In this document: one piece after another, positions 1 through 11,989 of the stretch
Position numbering within the stretch: position 1 is the first letter of the stretch
Layout of the letters: the number at the start of each line of letters is the position of its first letter
Assembly (NCBI GenBank): GCA_963833425.1
Contig: CAWHXP010000006.1
Span: 96,001-160,000 of the forward strand
Origin: an uncultured Methanosarcinaceae archaeon
Lineage (GTDB): Archaea; Halobacteriota; Methanosarcinia; Methanosarcinales; Methanosarcinaceae
Length of the DNA: 64,000 bases
Direction of reading: 5' to 3'
The notes under the pieces: generated by a model
What the model was told of the DNA's origin: nothing
The model's input: the letters and a program-made list of their open reading frames with translations, nothing else
Database searches by the model: none
Position numbers and translations under genes: made by a program

Positions 1-170
1 AAAAATTATTTCATGTAGCAAATTTGCAATGAATTACCAGTAAACCAGGTACTTTAGAATTGGTTTTTTGCTCCGAGAACCTTTATCAACTTCAGCGAGT
101 TTAATGATCCGAATTTAATGATGCTTTTTGGATACGCTTTGCTTCTCCCCTATCATACACGATATACAAT

Positions 171-838
171 TTAAATATTCCCCTTTACAGCCGTGCCAAA
201 TACAGGCTTCCCGTATAACGCCTGAATAACCCTTTCTGGATATTTCCCGTTTACAATTAAACACTCCATCCTGTTTTTTTGCAGAAATGGTAGTAAGGCA
301 GGATCGATGCAGCTTACACAACTTCCCTCTAAATCAGTAACAGAAATTTCTCTCATCAGCTTCCCTTCTTTAAATATTCCATCTACATCCGTAGCCTTCA
401 AGAGAATTGCCTCTACTTGCTTCGCAACCCATGCAGCAATGGTGTCAGAGGTCACGTCCCAAGTATGAGGTAGTGGGTCTTCGATTTTGAGAAGCCTATA
501 CGGAAAAAGAATCGACACTCCTTGAGGAATATCTGTTATCGAGTCTGTTGGCACAACGCCGCTTTTATCCTGCAGGTAATAGGCATATTGCTCCATACCA
601 AGTATAGACATCCAGTGAGAAGCATCTGCTCCAAAAGAAAAAATTCTGTCAGCTGACCTCACGGTATCAGTAAATGTCCCACCTCCAGGTACGATAAGAA
701 TGGAACTGTATAAGCTCCCATAAGCTTGCCTGCCTTCGAAAGCCATCGAGTTTTCGGAATTAAATTCTTGTATCAATCTATTCACAAGTTCTGGAGCTTC
801 TTTGAAAAGACTCCCCCTATTTTAATCACCGCCCTCAT
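171..838 (-). pseudogene. mfnE: Amino-acid-kinase family protein, MfnE-like (methanofuran biosynthesis kinase), with a frameshift near the N-terminus
   Basis: Motifs IVPGGGxF, HTWDVTSD, KATDVDGI. ATG at 838 gives MRAVIKIGG, then a G5 run (813-817) is one base short of restoring KIGGSLFKEAPELVNR. Could be a homopolymer sequencing error. Confidence 0.7.
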
Positions 839-998
839 GATTTTAGTCCAGTTGGCATTATAAATAGCCAAGCCCGTGATAAATTACACTCTTATTCGTT
901 CTTCAAATGTTATTATCAATTTTTAGCGTAGATTTTGATTTAGATAGTTGCGTACATTTATAATTAATCAACTTTTCAAGTCTCTTGAATTGATTTAA

Positions 999-1088
999 GA
1001 ATATTTCGAAAACCTCCGATTTCAACAAATTGCTCATTTAGGTTTAAATATAAACAATAGCCAAAAATTGGAGCTTATCGAAATTATC
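999..1088. mobile_element. 90-bp MITE with IS5-type terminal inverted repeats
   Basis: GAATATTTCGAAAACCTCC...GGAGCTTATCGAAATTATC, with TTAA on both sides; ends resemble those of the IS at 1154-2252. Confidence 0.75.
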
Positions 1089-1153
1089 TTAATTAAAATT
1101 ATCTTATTAATTATTTCTCAACTTCGTTCATTACACTTTTCAGATAAATTTAA

Positions 1154-2252
1154 GAGAATTTCGATAAACTTCGGATTTTATTTCTTAGCAGAAATTTCTC
1201 ATATCTTCCCCTCAATTTCTCTATTTAATTCCTCTTTTTGGCTTTACTTATTCACAATTCTTTGATTTTAAAGATAGCTTCCGCTATCTTCAATATACTT
1301 TTTTTATGTTCAATGTCCTCAATTGATGGAGATTATAACAAAAAGCCGTACACAACATTTTTAGATTTACTCTTTTAACAGTAGTAACAAAAACCCTTCC
1401 TTCTTTGAAAATTTCTTTCGTTACTGAATAAATTCTTTCCCCTGTGACTCTTTTTGAGCTAATTCTCTTATTTCTTAATATATCCTTTATTCCCAACGTA
1501 TGTCCTTTGACCGCTCTTTTCATTAACGTTGTGATTTTGCTCCAAAGTATGCTCTGTTGTTATATCTACATACGAATCATGTACTGACGCAGTTGTTGTT
1601 TTGAATCTTCTGATCAGCTCATAATCTCTGTCTATTATATTATGAAGCTTATATCCAAAGTGAGACTTACCTCCCTTTTTTGTCCATGTTCCGTCTCTGC
1701 TTCTTCTTGTTTTTGCCTCATCTCTCTGCTTTTGCATGTCCTGGATCTGAATGGATAAAAGTAGCATCCTGAATAATTCCCTGCTTTATCTGTAAACCCA
1801 GAGTATCAAGTTGGCTTTGCAACTTTCCCCATATTTTCTTTGAAATTCTCGATAATTCTCTCCCTAAATAGCTATACAGTAGTACTGTCAGGTATGCATT
1901 CCGGAAATCCAAGGAATTTCCTAAAAGAAATTCGATCTATACACTGTTTCTCAAGTTCAAAATCAGAGCGCCTATGACATTGTTGTAAAACAAGCATTTT
2001 GAACATCACAATGACATCAGTTTCAGGTCTCCCTCCTGAAACGATTTTGTTAATATACATAGGCTCAAGAATAATACGAAAAGTTTTCCAATCAATTAAG
2101 GAAGCAATTTCAGCAAGCTTATCTCCAACAGATTCAAGACGTTTATACTCTTCTTTAAGAGCAAAATCAGTAAGAGTTTTCATGAATATACATAAATATT
2201 GACAAATTTAAAGCCAACCATGCTCAAGAGCATGGAGGTTATCGAAATTCTC
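1154..2252 (-). mobile_element. IS5-family insertion sequence, inactivated
   Basis: 17-bp TIRs GAGAATTTCGATAAACT / AGGTTATCGAAATTCTC, TTAA flanks, transposase fragments inside. Confidence 0.9.
1290..2183 (-). pseudogene. IS5-family DDE transposase split by a stop and frameshifts
   Basis: ORFs 1872-2183, 1718-1912, 1468-1767 and 1290-1523 carry consecutive motifs: SGGRP, FKMLVLQQ, PDSTTV, IIQDATFI, HFGYKLH, TTASVHDS. Confidence 0.9.
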
Positions 2253-3302
2253 TTAAGTTAATTTAGATCAAGTGAATGAGGTAGCAAAAATACTAATATC
2301 GTATCCAAATTTTTGCCTTTTTTAAGCATAATATCTGCATAATATATTTTTGAGTTATTCAGTAAAAATATAAGATCATGATTATTTTCTCTTTTATTCT
2401 TTCGAAAAATTCGCGCACATTTTTCTCTTCTGGACTTTCTTAAAGATTTTATTCTTTATACCCATTTATAACATAGAATACATTAGCATTATACATTCAC
2501 AATCTAGATATTTATAAATAATTTAAGTTTTGACAAAACAAGCCAGAATGATGAGTTATCTCTTATTTTTGTAGCGAAGATTCATCCAGTATTTTCAAAT
2601 TTCGCAAGTCACAAAACCATTTCTAAAAATTAGAAAATTATAAAACACAATATAAGGTGACAAATTATTTACCACAACGAAACATAACTCCACTTTTTTG
2701 AAGAGCTTCAGCAGATTTACCGCTTGTGCTCAGAAATTATGTGGTATCATTGATAAAATAACTTTACCTGATAAAGAAACCACACAATCAGAAAATATTT
2801 AAGATTTATTTAACGCTGCTATATCTCCCAACAATTCTCTTAGATTTACAACCAGCGATTTAAGGTCAAAAATAAAAATTCCTCAAGATGATACTATTAT
2901 TTGAATACATAAAATCAAATTCTATTGAAAATATTGTCTCTTAATTTAAAAGAATAAAAAGTTAAATTCTTAGATGGCATATCTTACAAAACTAAAATCC
3001 ACTATATTATTGTTTACTTTCAAAGTAATTCCATATCATAGAACCAGAGATTCTCCACGCATAAAGTGGATTAAAATCGAAGAATTGAGAATATTCATCC
3101 TAGATCTTGGATATAATGGCAGCTTTAAGATACATTTGATGTTATTAACATAAATAGATTAAGCAAAAAATATTAGATTCTTCGGAAATCTTACTTAGAA
3201 GCATTGGATAATGAAATAAAAAGTAAGAACCATATCTATATATATGAAAAAGAATTTTTTTAACAGTAAAGTTATTCTCAAAAATTGATGATAAAAACTT
3301 GA

Positions 3303-3391
3303 GGGATCTTTAATAAACCTCACATTTCCATGAGCCATTTTGCATGCCATATATATGCATATAACTAAATTTTGGATTTATCGAAATACTC
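3303..3391. mobile_element. Degenerate 89-bp IS5-type MITE
   Basis: Right end GGATTTATCGAAATACTC, degenerate left end GGGATCTTTAATAAACCTC; same length as 999-1088 and 41576-41664. Confidence 0.55.
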
Positions 3392-3447
3392 TGAAACCTG
3401 TAGTTGCAGCTAAATCAAACAAAATAATTAAAGAAATTTTTGAAAGC

Positions 3448-3493
3448 ATACGAAGTAAAATGGAAATACTATACGAAGTAAAATGGAAATATT
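3448..3493 (+). repeat. 23-bp tandem duplication
   Basis: ATACGAAGTAAAATGGAAATACT followed by ATACGAAGTAAAATGGAAATATT. Confidence 0.85.
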
Positions 3494-4423
3494 CATACTC
3501 TCCTTGAAGATAAATTTAATAAGGTAGGATTTTCAATCACACAGTCTGGAAAAATACTTGATATGGAGTTTTTGTTCCATTTTTATTTTCACTATCCAAT
3601 TTACTCAAAGTATTAAGTAATTTTTCCTTTACCAATATAATCTGTAAATTAAATATCAAAAACTTGATCAAAATTTGAAAAAACTATCAAGGGAAAAAGA
3701 ATGATCTGTCAAAAAAATCGTAAAAACTAATAAAATATTTTTGATCATATTTATTAATCCTTCGTTCATCTCAAATATGAAAATCTCATTTCAACATGAA
3801 AATCAAACTGTCAAATTAAAGTTAAAATCCAGTTTTGCGACATTGCTATTGGTTTCAATTATATTCCATTTATGGAAGAAAAGACACACAAATATGAAGG
3901 AATTGAAGATGATTACAGAAAAATTGAATTAAGATTTATTGATAATTTTTTAGTGAACCATTTAAGAAAAAAAGTATTAACTTAGTAAGATTATTCGATC
4001 ATAACTACAACAAATCGAAATAACTGAATCCATGAAAACACTAATTAGGTTGAGGATTATATCAGCCTGCATCCCATCAACACCGTTAATTATTTGTTGA
4101 GTTGAGAGGGAAATAGAAAAACATAGGTTTTGTCTTTGAGTAATTGATCAAGTATGAAAAATGAACAGATTCTTTATTTTTTGAAAATTTTAGAGAGCGT
4201 CTGATATTTACCATTTCAACAACTAGGAGACAAGACCAAAAAAATAAGACGAAGACATAAGAAAAATAAACATCTTGACAACTAAAGTTTATGACCTCTC
4301 AAGATTCCTGTGAAAACAAAGCTCAATTGGACTAAAACTTTCTGCTTAGGGCTAATCATATATAGTTCCATAGATGGATACAAAAAATGAGATATATAAC
4401 TTTCATAAAGGACGGGGGACGTA

Positions 4424-6205
4424 TTGTCTAAAATAGCTAATAGCATATTAAGTCTTATAGCCTCGATTTCTCTGCTACTACTGGTTTATAGTACTTATAT
4501 TATTAGGGTGATCCCTTCTGAAGGGTACGTAATTAACATCTATAAGCAGCTTCCTTTCCATTTTTATTTAACTTTGCTCTTTTGCTATCTTTCAGCTTGC
4601 GTTCTACTACTCGCATACAGAAAAATTAGTGCAGTTCTTATACTTTTGCTTGTTCACATTATTGTACTGATCATCCCTTACATTCTTGGCTATGTTTCGC
4701 CGAGCAGAGGCGATGAATTCCTATATATAGGACTTGCAGGAAAGAGCGAACTTCTTGAGTTTTCCAATCTTTCTCCAACAGGTCCTCTATTCATTTCAGC
4801 TTTATCTCTTATCACAGGGTTGAATAAGTGGGTACTTTCTTATTTTTTGCCTGTTTTTTTTTCAATTATGTTCATCACTGGAATGTTCCTTTTTTATCGA
4901 ATATTCATGAACCGTGAAAAATTGATCTCAGTAGCTTTTCTTGCATCAATGATTCCTTATTTTGGGCATTTCCAAGTTTCAACATCTGCTTATTACATGT
5001 GCTTTTGCCTTGTGCCTCTTTACCTCTATGTACTGAGGAATGCACTTTCTGGTAGAAATGGAGCCGTTTATATTTGTTCTTTGTTGATGATACTTTTGAT
5101 TCCATTGGCACATCCGTTAATTTTTATATATATAACTTTTTTTTTCTTATCTCTAGTCTTTTCGCTAAAAATGTTAAAGCCCAGTTTTCTCGGTAAAGTC
5201 CTGAGTTTTAATTTCCTTTCCATGAGGTTTCCCAATTATAGAGGAAAAAAAATCCCTTTATCCATCTTTTTGTTATTAACTTTAGGAAGTTTCATACTCA
5301 GCGCAAGATACGCTTCTCAATTTATTGATATTTTTCTTCCAACTCTTGCCTGGCGCACTAAGGCACTAATATCTGAAGGCTTCCCCAGGATACCGGACAC
5401 CGCTAACAATTTTTTTACCTTCATACATCTTTCCAATCTCTATTATGGCAAGTATTACATTCCACTAATTTTTATTTTTATCAACTCAATAATTGTGTGG
5501 CAGAACCGCAAAAGATTTTGTCATCATTTCGTCCACAGATATCCCCGCTTTTTGATTTTATATATCTTCACCTTTTTCCTGGAACTTGTCTTCCTTTTTA
5601 ACCCCTTTATTCCTTATCCTCTGGATAAGTTTGCAAACTTGAGTTTCATCATTTTTGCCCAGATTCCTTTGCTTGGGTATTCTCTCTACGTTATTTTCCT
5701 CAGGAAAGGATACATCTTTGGCCTTGGTTTAACAGTCCTGATTCTCGGCCTTCTCTGGACTCTAGGATTCTTCAATTGCTTCAGTTCACCTTATATTGGC
5801 GGAATTTCGGAAGCACTTTCACAAAACGAGATGGAAGGAATCCACTGGTTATCCAATGTAAAAGAAAACTATCCATACATCATGTCATTTGGAGAGAAAG
5901 TAGAAATTAATTCCTTGACAGGAAACTTTAGTAATAACCTGTACCGACCTGCCGAGTTTGCAGAGGCCTGGCAAAGGCTTCCAATTTATACACTCAAAAG
6001 TGACTCAAAAGTGAATTTCCCCTTAGAGGGTCCAAATGGAAATGAACCTTTCTATCTAGTAGTAACCACCTTTTCAAAGTCTTTGGACCATGATAACCGA
6101 AAATATGATGAAGTGCCAGTTTCCGTCGGATCTAGTCGGAGCAGTTATCCTGCGCACAAGATCTACGACTCTCTTAACATAAAAATTTATGAGAATAAAC
6201 TCTAA
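4424..6205 (+). CDS. Polytopic membrane protein, possibly glycan-related (GT-C/Wzy-like)
   Basis: 593 aa with more than 10 hydrophobic segments and a soluble C-terminal domain ending KIYDSLNIKIY; TTG start after GGGGG. Confidence 0.7.
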   Translation: MSKIANSILSLIASISLLLLVYSTYIIRVIPSEGYVINIYKQLPFHFYLTLLFCYLSACVLLLAYRKISAVLILLLVHIIVLIIPYILGYVSPSRGDEFLYIGLAGKSELLEFSNLSPTGPLFISALSLITGLNKWVLSYFLPVFFSIMFITGMFLFYRIFMNREKLISVAFLASMIPYFGHFQVSTSAYYMCFCLVPLYLYVLRNALSGRNGAVYICSLLMILLIPLAHPLIFIYITFFFLSLVFSLKMLKPSFLGKVLSFNFLSMRFPNYRGKKIPLSIFLLLTLGSFILSARYASQFIDIFLPTLAWRTKALISEGFPRIPDTANNFFTFIHLSNLYYGKYYIPLIFIFINSIIVWQNRKRFCHHFVHRYPRFLILYIFTFFLELVFLFNPFIPYPLDKFANLSFIIFAQIPLLGYSLYVIFLRKGYIFGLGLTVLILGLLWTLGFFNCFSSPYIGGISEALSQNEMEGIHWLSNVKENYPYIMSFGEKVEINSLTGNFSNNLYRPAEFAEAWQRLPIYTLKSDSKVNFPLEGPNGNEPFYLVVTTFSKSLDHDNRKYDEVPVSVGSSRSSYPAHKIYDSLNIKIYENKL

Positions 6206-6357
6206 ATTGACTTTGTCATATTTACCCCATATTACCTTAATATTGTCACATCAAAATTATTTTTGCATACACTACAACCATATTCAAGAAATCAGACAAT
6301 TTAGACAATTTTCACAGATAATTTTCCCTACTATTTTTGCCTTAATCCACTATTTTC

Positions 6358-6895
6358 GGTTCCGTTGCAAAAAATCCTTTCTACTGATACAATAGAATAA
6401 AAAGAAAACCAAAGATAGTAACATGCTATCTAATTCCTTTAAATGGAAGCATTATGAAGGGGAAATTATTCTATTAAATGTAAGATGGTACTTAAAATAT
6501 GCATTAAGTTATAGAAATTTAAAGGAAATGATGGCAGAAAGGGGAGTAAAAGTCTACCATACAACAATCATGAGATGGATACATCAATATTCCCCTGAAA
6601 TAGAAAAGAAGATAAGAAGACATTTAAGACCAACAAATAATTCGTGGAGAGTTGCTGAAACCTATATCAAAATAAAAGGTAAATGGAAATATTTTTACCG
6701 AGCAGTTGACTCAAATGGAGATACAATTGATTTCATGTTAAGTTCAAAACGAAATAGAAAAGCAGCGAATAGATTCTTTAAGAAAGCTTTGAGTTCTAAT
6801 CATAATCAAATTCCAAGAGAAATAACCGTTGATAAGAATCCAGCTTATCCACCTGCTATAGATAAACTGAAAAATGATAAAATACTACCTAAAAA
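6358..6895 (+). mobile_element. IS6-family element, 5' part; transposase (starts 6423) truncated by a MITE
   Basis: TIR GGTTCCGTTGCAAAAAAT at 6358; motifs FKWKHY, RWYLKYALSYRNL, TVDKNPAYP; nearly identical to 41727-42582. Confidence 0.9.
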
Positions 6896-7045
6896 GGTTC
6901 CGTTGCAAAAAATCTGGCTCCCTTACAAAATCAGAAAAAACCTTCACAATTAGGAAAATTAATCATTTTAATTAGAAAGAAAATGACACAGAAAGGTTAG
7001 AATTATAGTGTCAAAATGCAGAAATATTATTTTTGCAACAGAACC
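6896..7045. mobile_element. 150-bp IS6-type MITE
   Basis: GGTTCCGTTGCAAAAA...TTTTTGCAACAGAACC, non-coding interior. Confidence 0.85.
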
Positions 7046-7171
7046 TCTAATCGGATCTGAAAAACGCCTAGTCTTTTGCCCTTAATATTCGAGATATAAG
7101 TACTCGAAAAAAAAAATAGTGAGATCAGAATTCTGAGCTAATAAATGACTTTTTTCAGAAAAATATTCGCT

Positions 7172-7909
7172 TTAAAGTACGTACTTCCAGCCATCTTTTT
7201 TCAGGTCTTTTCTGTGCATTTCGTAGCCAGGCATGAGTTTCTCGACAAGTCTCCAGAACCTTGCAGAATGATTTTTTTCTTTAACGTGACAGAGTTCGTG
7301 TACTACCACGTATTCAAGCTGTTCAGGCGGAGCCATCATAAGCTTGAAATTGATCCTGAGGACGTTATCAGCAGAACAGCTCCCCCAACGCCTGTTTTGA
7401 TATTTGACTTTAAACTCAGGAGGAGTTAACCCAAGCACTTTTGAATAGGCCCTGAGAGTACTCTCAACATTCTCTTCGGTGCGCTCGATATAAAAATTAC
7501 AGATAGCTTTTTTTACCTGAAGAGGAACTAGATATTCTGAAATTTTTGTAGGAACCGCAACCGTAAGTTCAGAATTTTTAACAGAAGCTATAGGCTTTTT
7601 TATACTATCCAGAGATATCATTTTCAGGGGATATTCTCTGCCGAGATAGAGATAGATCTCACCCTCAAAATATTGCTTTTTCTGATCAGGCAGTCTATTT
7701 GTCTCAAACAATTCAAGCTTTTTACAAATCCAGCCTGCCTTCCTGTTAACCATTTTTTTTATGGTTTCAGGATTAAGGCCTTGAGGAGCCCGAAACTCAA
7801 CTTTCAGATTCGGGTGAACTACAATCTCTGCTCTCTTTCTCTTTTTGCTGTAGACTATTTCGTAGTCTATTATTCTGCTATAAGCTTCAATGTTGTCGTT
7901 TTTTCTCAT
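7172..7909 (-). CDS. YgjP/DUF45 (M48/SprT-like) zinc metallopeptidase family protein
   Basis: RRWGSCS and YVVVHELCH..EKNHS motifs. Start set at MRKNDN because the longer ORF begins inside an IS6 end. Confidence 0.85.
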   Translation of the reverse strand: MRKNDNIEAYSRIIDYEIVYSKKRKRAEIVVHPNLKVEFRAPQGLNPETIKKMVNRKAGWICKKLELFETNRLPDQKKQYFEGEIYLYLGREYPLKMISLDSIKKPIASVKNSELTVAVPTKISEYLVPLQVKKAICNFYIERTEENVESTLRAYSKVLGLTPPEFKVKYQNRRWGSCSADNVLRINFKLMMAPPEQLEYVVVHELCHVKEKNHSARFWRLVEKLMPGYEMHRKDLKKDGWKYVL

Positions 7910-7953
7910 CCTTGCTGCCTCTACCAAAGTTTCGAATTTCGCCGACTCTACAT

Positions 7954-8053
7954 GGTTCCGTTGCAAAAAATTCAAAAAAATATGTAAATCTATAAGTGAT
8001 TAATAAAAATCAAAACATTCAAGGAAAATGTACCAACATTATAAAACTATACC
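7954..8053 (-). mobile_element. Isolated 3' end of the IS6 element
   Basis: About 100 bp matching 41727-41827, including the TIR. Confidence 0.85.
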
Positions 8054-8144
8054 ACTTTCCCTCTCAATATGAAAAGATCCTAGACTTTACGTCCCTTTCA
8101 GTGAATGAGCTCTTCAATGATAACAGAACCTTTAGTAAGTATCG

Positions 8145-8293
8145 GGTTCTGTTGCAAAAATAATTTTATTGCCTTTTTAGGCAATAACTAGTGCTTTTTG
8201 TATTATTATTGACATGTTTATGGCATAGAAATATCCCATTTATGATGTTTTCTACCAGTTTTGTAAAATAGCCAGGTTTTTTGCAACGGAACC
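8145..8293. mobile_element. 149-bp IS6-type MITE, inverted relative to 6896-7045
   Basis: GGTTCTGTTGCAAAAA...TTTTTGCAACGGAACC; interior is a diverged homologue of 6896-7045. Confidence 0.85.
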
Positions 8294-8478
8294 CGTTATT
8301 TTCTCTCTAGCCTGCATATCCCCATGCCCATGATTTTTAATGAAATAAAAATATTATAGCTTCTTTTAATACTAGAGAATTTCGATAATACATAATACGT
8401 TAGAAAATTCCAACCGCGTAAGTTTTAATAAAAAACATTTATAACTATAATTTATTAACGCAAGGAAATGACCTCTTC

Positions 8479-10405
8479 ATGAAAGTCAGCCGCAGGTTTT
8501 TTATTCAAATGGTGATGGCTGCCGCCGGAGCCACAGCATTAGGCTGGAATGCAGCTGCAGACATTCTCAAAAACGTGATGTGTTATGAGCAAGAGGCGCC
8601 AAAAAAATTCTGAGCCCCTCAAAAATACCGAAATACGTTAATCAATTAGCGAAGCCTCCATAGTTTATTCCTGATCCAGTAACCGGGAGATTTGACATAT
8701 CAGCGTCTTCATTTACCCAGCAGATACTACCTGTTACTGACAGCTCGGGAAGGCCCACAGGGTATGGACCGACAACAGTTTTCTGGTTTAGTGGCCTTGT
8801 TAAAGATTCAGGTACCGGTAAGCCTACTATCTTTAAAGGTGTACCCGGGGCAACGTTTGAGGCGGCCAGGGGAGAACCGATCGAAGTACGATGGATAAAC
8901 GACATCAATGTACCATTCATGTTACCGGTAGACTCAACGCTTCATTGGACGAATCCAAATAAGATGACCGTGCCAAGGCCGCCCTTCAAGGCGTTCCCAC
9001 CTGGCTACCCGTAAGCGCAACGTCCGGTGCCGATTGTAATAAATTTACACGATGGAGAGACCCCTCCAAAGTATGACGGCAATCCAGGTGCTTGGTTCAC
9101 AGCGAATGGGATCAAAGATCCGGCATTTGTTACCAATAATACATACACATACCTCACAACACCCAGCCTGCGACAACATTATGGTACCACGAACATACCT
9201 TCGGTCTCGTACGCCTTACTGTGTATGCCGGGCTTTACGGATTTTACCTGATCAGAGATCCCAAAGATACTGTCATGCCACTTCTCCCCCATGGTAAATA
9301 CGAAATACCTATGGCCATCCAGGACGTAATGTTTTACGAGACGGATGAGGAGACCGGTAATAACGAGCTATCCTATCCGACGGCGGGCACTGACCCGGAA
9401 TTCCATCCATACTGGGTTTCAGACACATTAAACGATATTATCGTTGTCAATGGCAAGGTATGGCCAAACCTGAATGTCGACAGAGGGCAGTATCTGTTCC
9501 GACTGCTTAACGCTTCAGGTAATCGATTTTATGAGCTATCGTTTTCAAACGGTATGGAGTTCATACAAATAGGTGTCGATGGTGGCTATCTGAGATCTCC
9601 CGTTAAGCTCAAGAAGGTACTGATAGCTCCGGGCGAGAGGGCTGAGATTCTGGTGGATTTTTCTGACAGGAAGCCCGGAGAAAAAAAAATCATTCTTAAG
9701 AATAGCGCGATTGCCACGTACCCCGACGGAACAATTCCTAATCCTGAGACTGTCGGCCAGGTCATGCAGTTCACAGCAATGTACGCCTTGGGCTTCAAGC
9801 CTAATAAGCTTCCAGCTTTCCTGAAACCCATACTTAGGAGAGAGTTCATTTCCTACGCTGAAACCTGGCAAGGTCCAGAGAACGCTTTCGCTGGTTATGG
9901 TCCCGGATGAAATGATCATGCTTCTGGATGGACAATCGTACAGCGCTCCCACATCCGAGATGCCTGTGCTCGGCGAGACAGAGGACTGGGGTATCGTCAA
10001 TGCAGACAACACGACTCATCCCATTCACATGCACCTGTCTATGTTCCAGCTTGTGAACCGGCAGGCGTTCAAAGTGAATGATACCTCGATGCCTGGCTGA
10101 AGGTCAATAATGCTGGCACCCAGGAGCATCCAGAGCTTCCGCTGAAGGAACCGACTGTCAACAGTCCCCTGGAACCGTATTTACTGGGCAGCCAAAGGGT
10201 TCCGGACGAGAACGAGCAAGGATGGAAGGATACAATCAGGATGAACAAAGGCGAGGTCACCAGAGTACGCATCAGCTTTGCCGCTAAGGACGGCTCGCCT
10301 TACCAGTTTGACCCTACAATGGAACCAGGTTACTTTTGGCACTGCCACCTCCTTGACCACGAGGACGGTGAGATGATGAGGCCCTTCAAAGTTGTTAAAA
10401 AATAA
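8479..10405 (+). pseudogene. Multicopper oxidase (CotA/bilirubin oxidase-like) with Tat-type signal, multiply frameshifted
   Basis: N-terminus MKVSRRFFIQ; copper motifs WYHEH, HPIHMHL and WHCHLLDHEDGEMM lie in different frames; first motif degenerate (NLHDG). Confidence 0.9.
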
Positions 10406-11199
10406 AAGCAGATGACCTATTTATTCTGTATGCTGTTTCGCAGCCATCGCGATTGGGTTTCGAATTCAGGGTTTTCGGCGGGCCTATATCCAACTTTGAC
10501 TGAAATTTCGACATTTCATGTAGCAGACTTCAGCGGTAGTAATCCCATCGGCTGATTGAGCGTATAACTCATCAAAATTCATTGTTAGCACTTTGCTAAA
10601 ATCGGTTAAAAATAATTTTCCAGTTGAAAAGTAACTGCACAAATGAATAAATGTCGATAATGAATGTGATTTCCTTAAATAACTGTTTACAAACGTCATA
10701 TATTGTGTCGTATTTAGAAAGTGATTCTAAATTAATCTTAAAATACCGAAAAGGTTTATATTTTTTAATCCAATACTCCAAATCACTTTCTTATGACGTA
10801 ACTCAGTTAGGTGGTTTATATAATGATTCGTTTCCTTATCTGGCTTACACTATTTCTGTAAGTTATTAGTTGACAATATATTACCTTAGGGTAGTAGAAC
10901 GATCATTAGGAAAAAAAGAATGCAAGTCACCGTTTTATTTATGAAATGGTGCAACGAAAGCTTGTTTGTATTAAGGATCAGGGAGAAAGGGTTTTGGGAT
11001 TAGTTCTATTAAAGTAAGGAATATCTTCATCTTAGTACTCATTTTAATTAATTTAGATATTTTGGAGTCTAATGCGAATGGTTACTTTGTTCAACCGCGT
11101 TTTATGCTTGTAGGTGCTCCATGCGTCGTTAGCAGCCTCTGGTTGATACTGGACATCTCTACGGCCATACTGATGGGGTTCTATTCCAACAATATTGTT

Positions 11200-11430
11200 T
11201 TGGGAATGGATATTCCCCTGGCAAGCATGATGGCATACGAACTGGGTGCAGATCAGGCGATTTATTATTGTAGCGGGCATTTTATAGGCAATATATGTTA
11301 TAAATAGACCGTAAGCAGAAATTTTTGATCAGTTGCCGGTAAAAACTGCATTATCGTAGATGATGTTATTACCACCTGTTCAACTAGTATGGAAGTGATT
11401 GAGATGCTTACGAAAATAGGGTTATGGTAC
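11200..11430 (+). pseudogene. PyrE-like phosphoribosyltransferase-fold protein fragment (GfcR-like)
   Basis: IPLASMMAYELGAD, then in another frame [15 protein letters not shown] (PRPP loop). Boundaries approximate. Confidence 0.65.
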
Positions 11431-11545
11431 AAAAATAATATTTCCACAGTTTACTACTCTAATTCTCCTTTGTGTACTATTCTTCAGTATAGATCCACCA
11501 GTTACGTGGAGCAATACGGTTCTATGTAGTTTGCGAGGGTTGAAA

Positions 11546-11989
11546 TTAATATTCAGTAAGCTCTGAAGTCAATTTGGTGATTAACCCCGCAAACGATACA
11601 ATTTTAGTAATACGTGTTAGCAACTGTGTTATAAAGTCACTATTTGAATCATTTTCCAAAGTTCCGACAACAGGAAAGCCCATAAGTGCTCCTGGACCGT
11701 GTGCTGCCTTGCTTATTTCTTCGGTCAGGTCCTTTCCTGCATGGTGTTCCCTCTTATGATCGCCATTTTTCCAAATATCGCTATTAGAGACGTCGTAGAC
11801 AATGCCCTGATAGGCAAAGTAAGCCGCTTTCACATTTTTACCGTTGTACTTTGCAAGTTCTTCAAGTGTAAATTCTTTTATTTTCGGTGTCTTTGTCGCA
11901 TTCTGCATTTCAGCAGCTTGGCATACTATCGCAGAAGTCACTGATACTACAAAAAAGACTTCCAGTAAAATTGTTAATATCCTTTTCAT
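11546..11989 (-). CDS. Cytochrome b5-like heme/steroid-binding domain protein with signal peptide
   Basis: FTLEELAKYNG, VYDVS, WKNGDH, HHAGKDLT, PVVGTL. Confidence 0.9.
   Translation of the reverse strand: MKRILTILLEVFFVVSVTSAIVCQAAEMQNATKTPKIKEFTLEELAKYNGKNVKAAYFAYQGIVYDVSNSDIWKNGDHKREHHAGKDLTEEISKAAHGPGALMGFPVVGTLENDSNSDFITQLLTRITKIVSFAGLITKLTSELTEY

Noticed and set aside
1872..1874. In-frame TAG as a pyrrolysine codon
   Set aside because: It sits at a probable Trp codon in a transposase that has further frameshifts.
2580..2900. Possible nuclease fragment (KLCGIIDKI)
   Set aside because: One short motif in stop-ridden AT-rich DNA is not enough.
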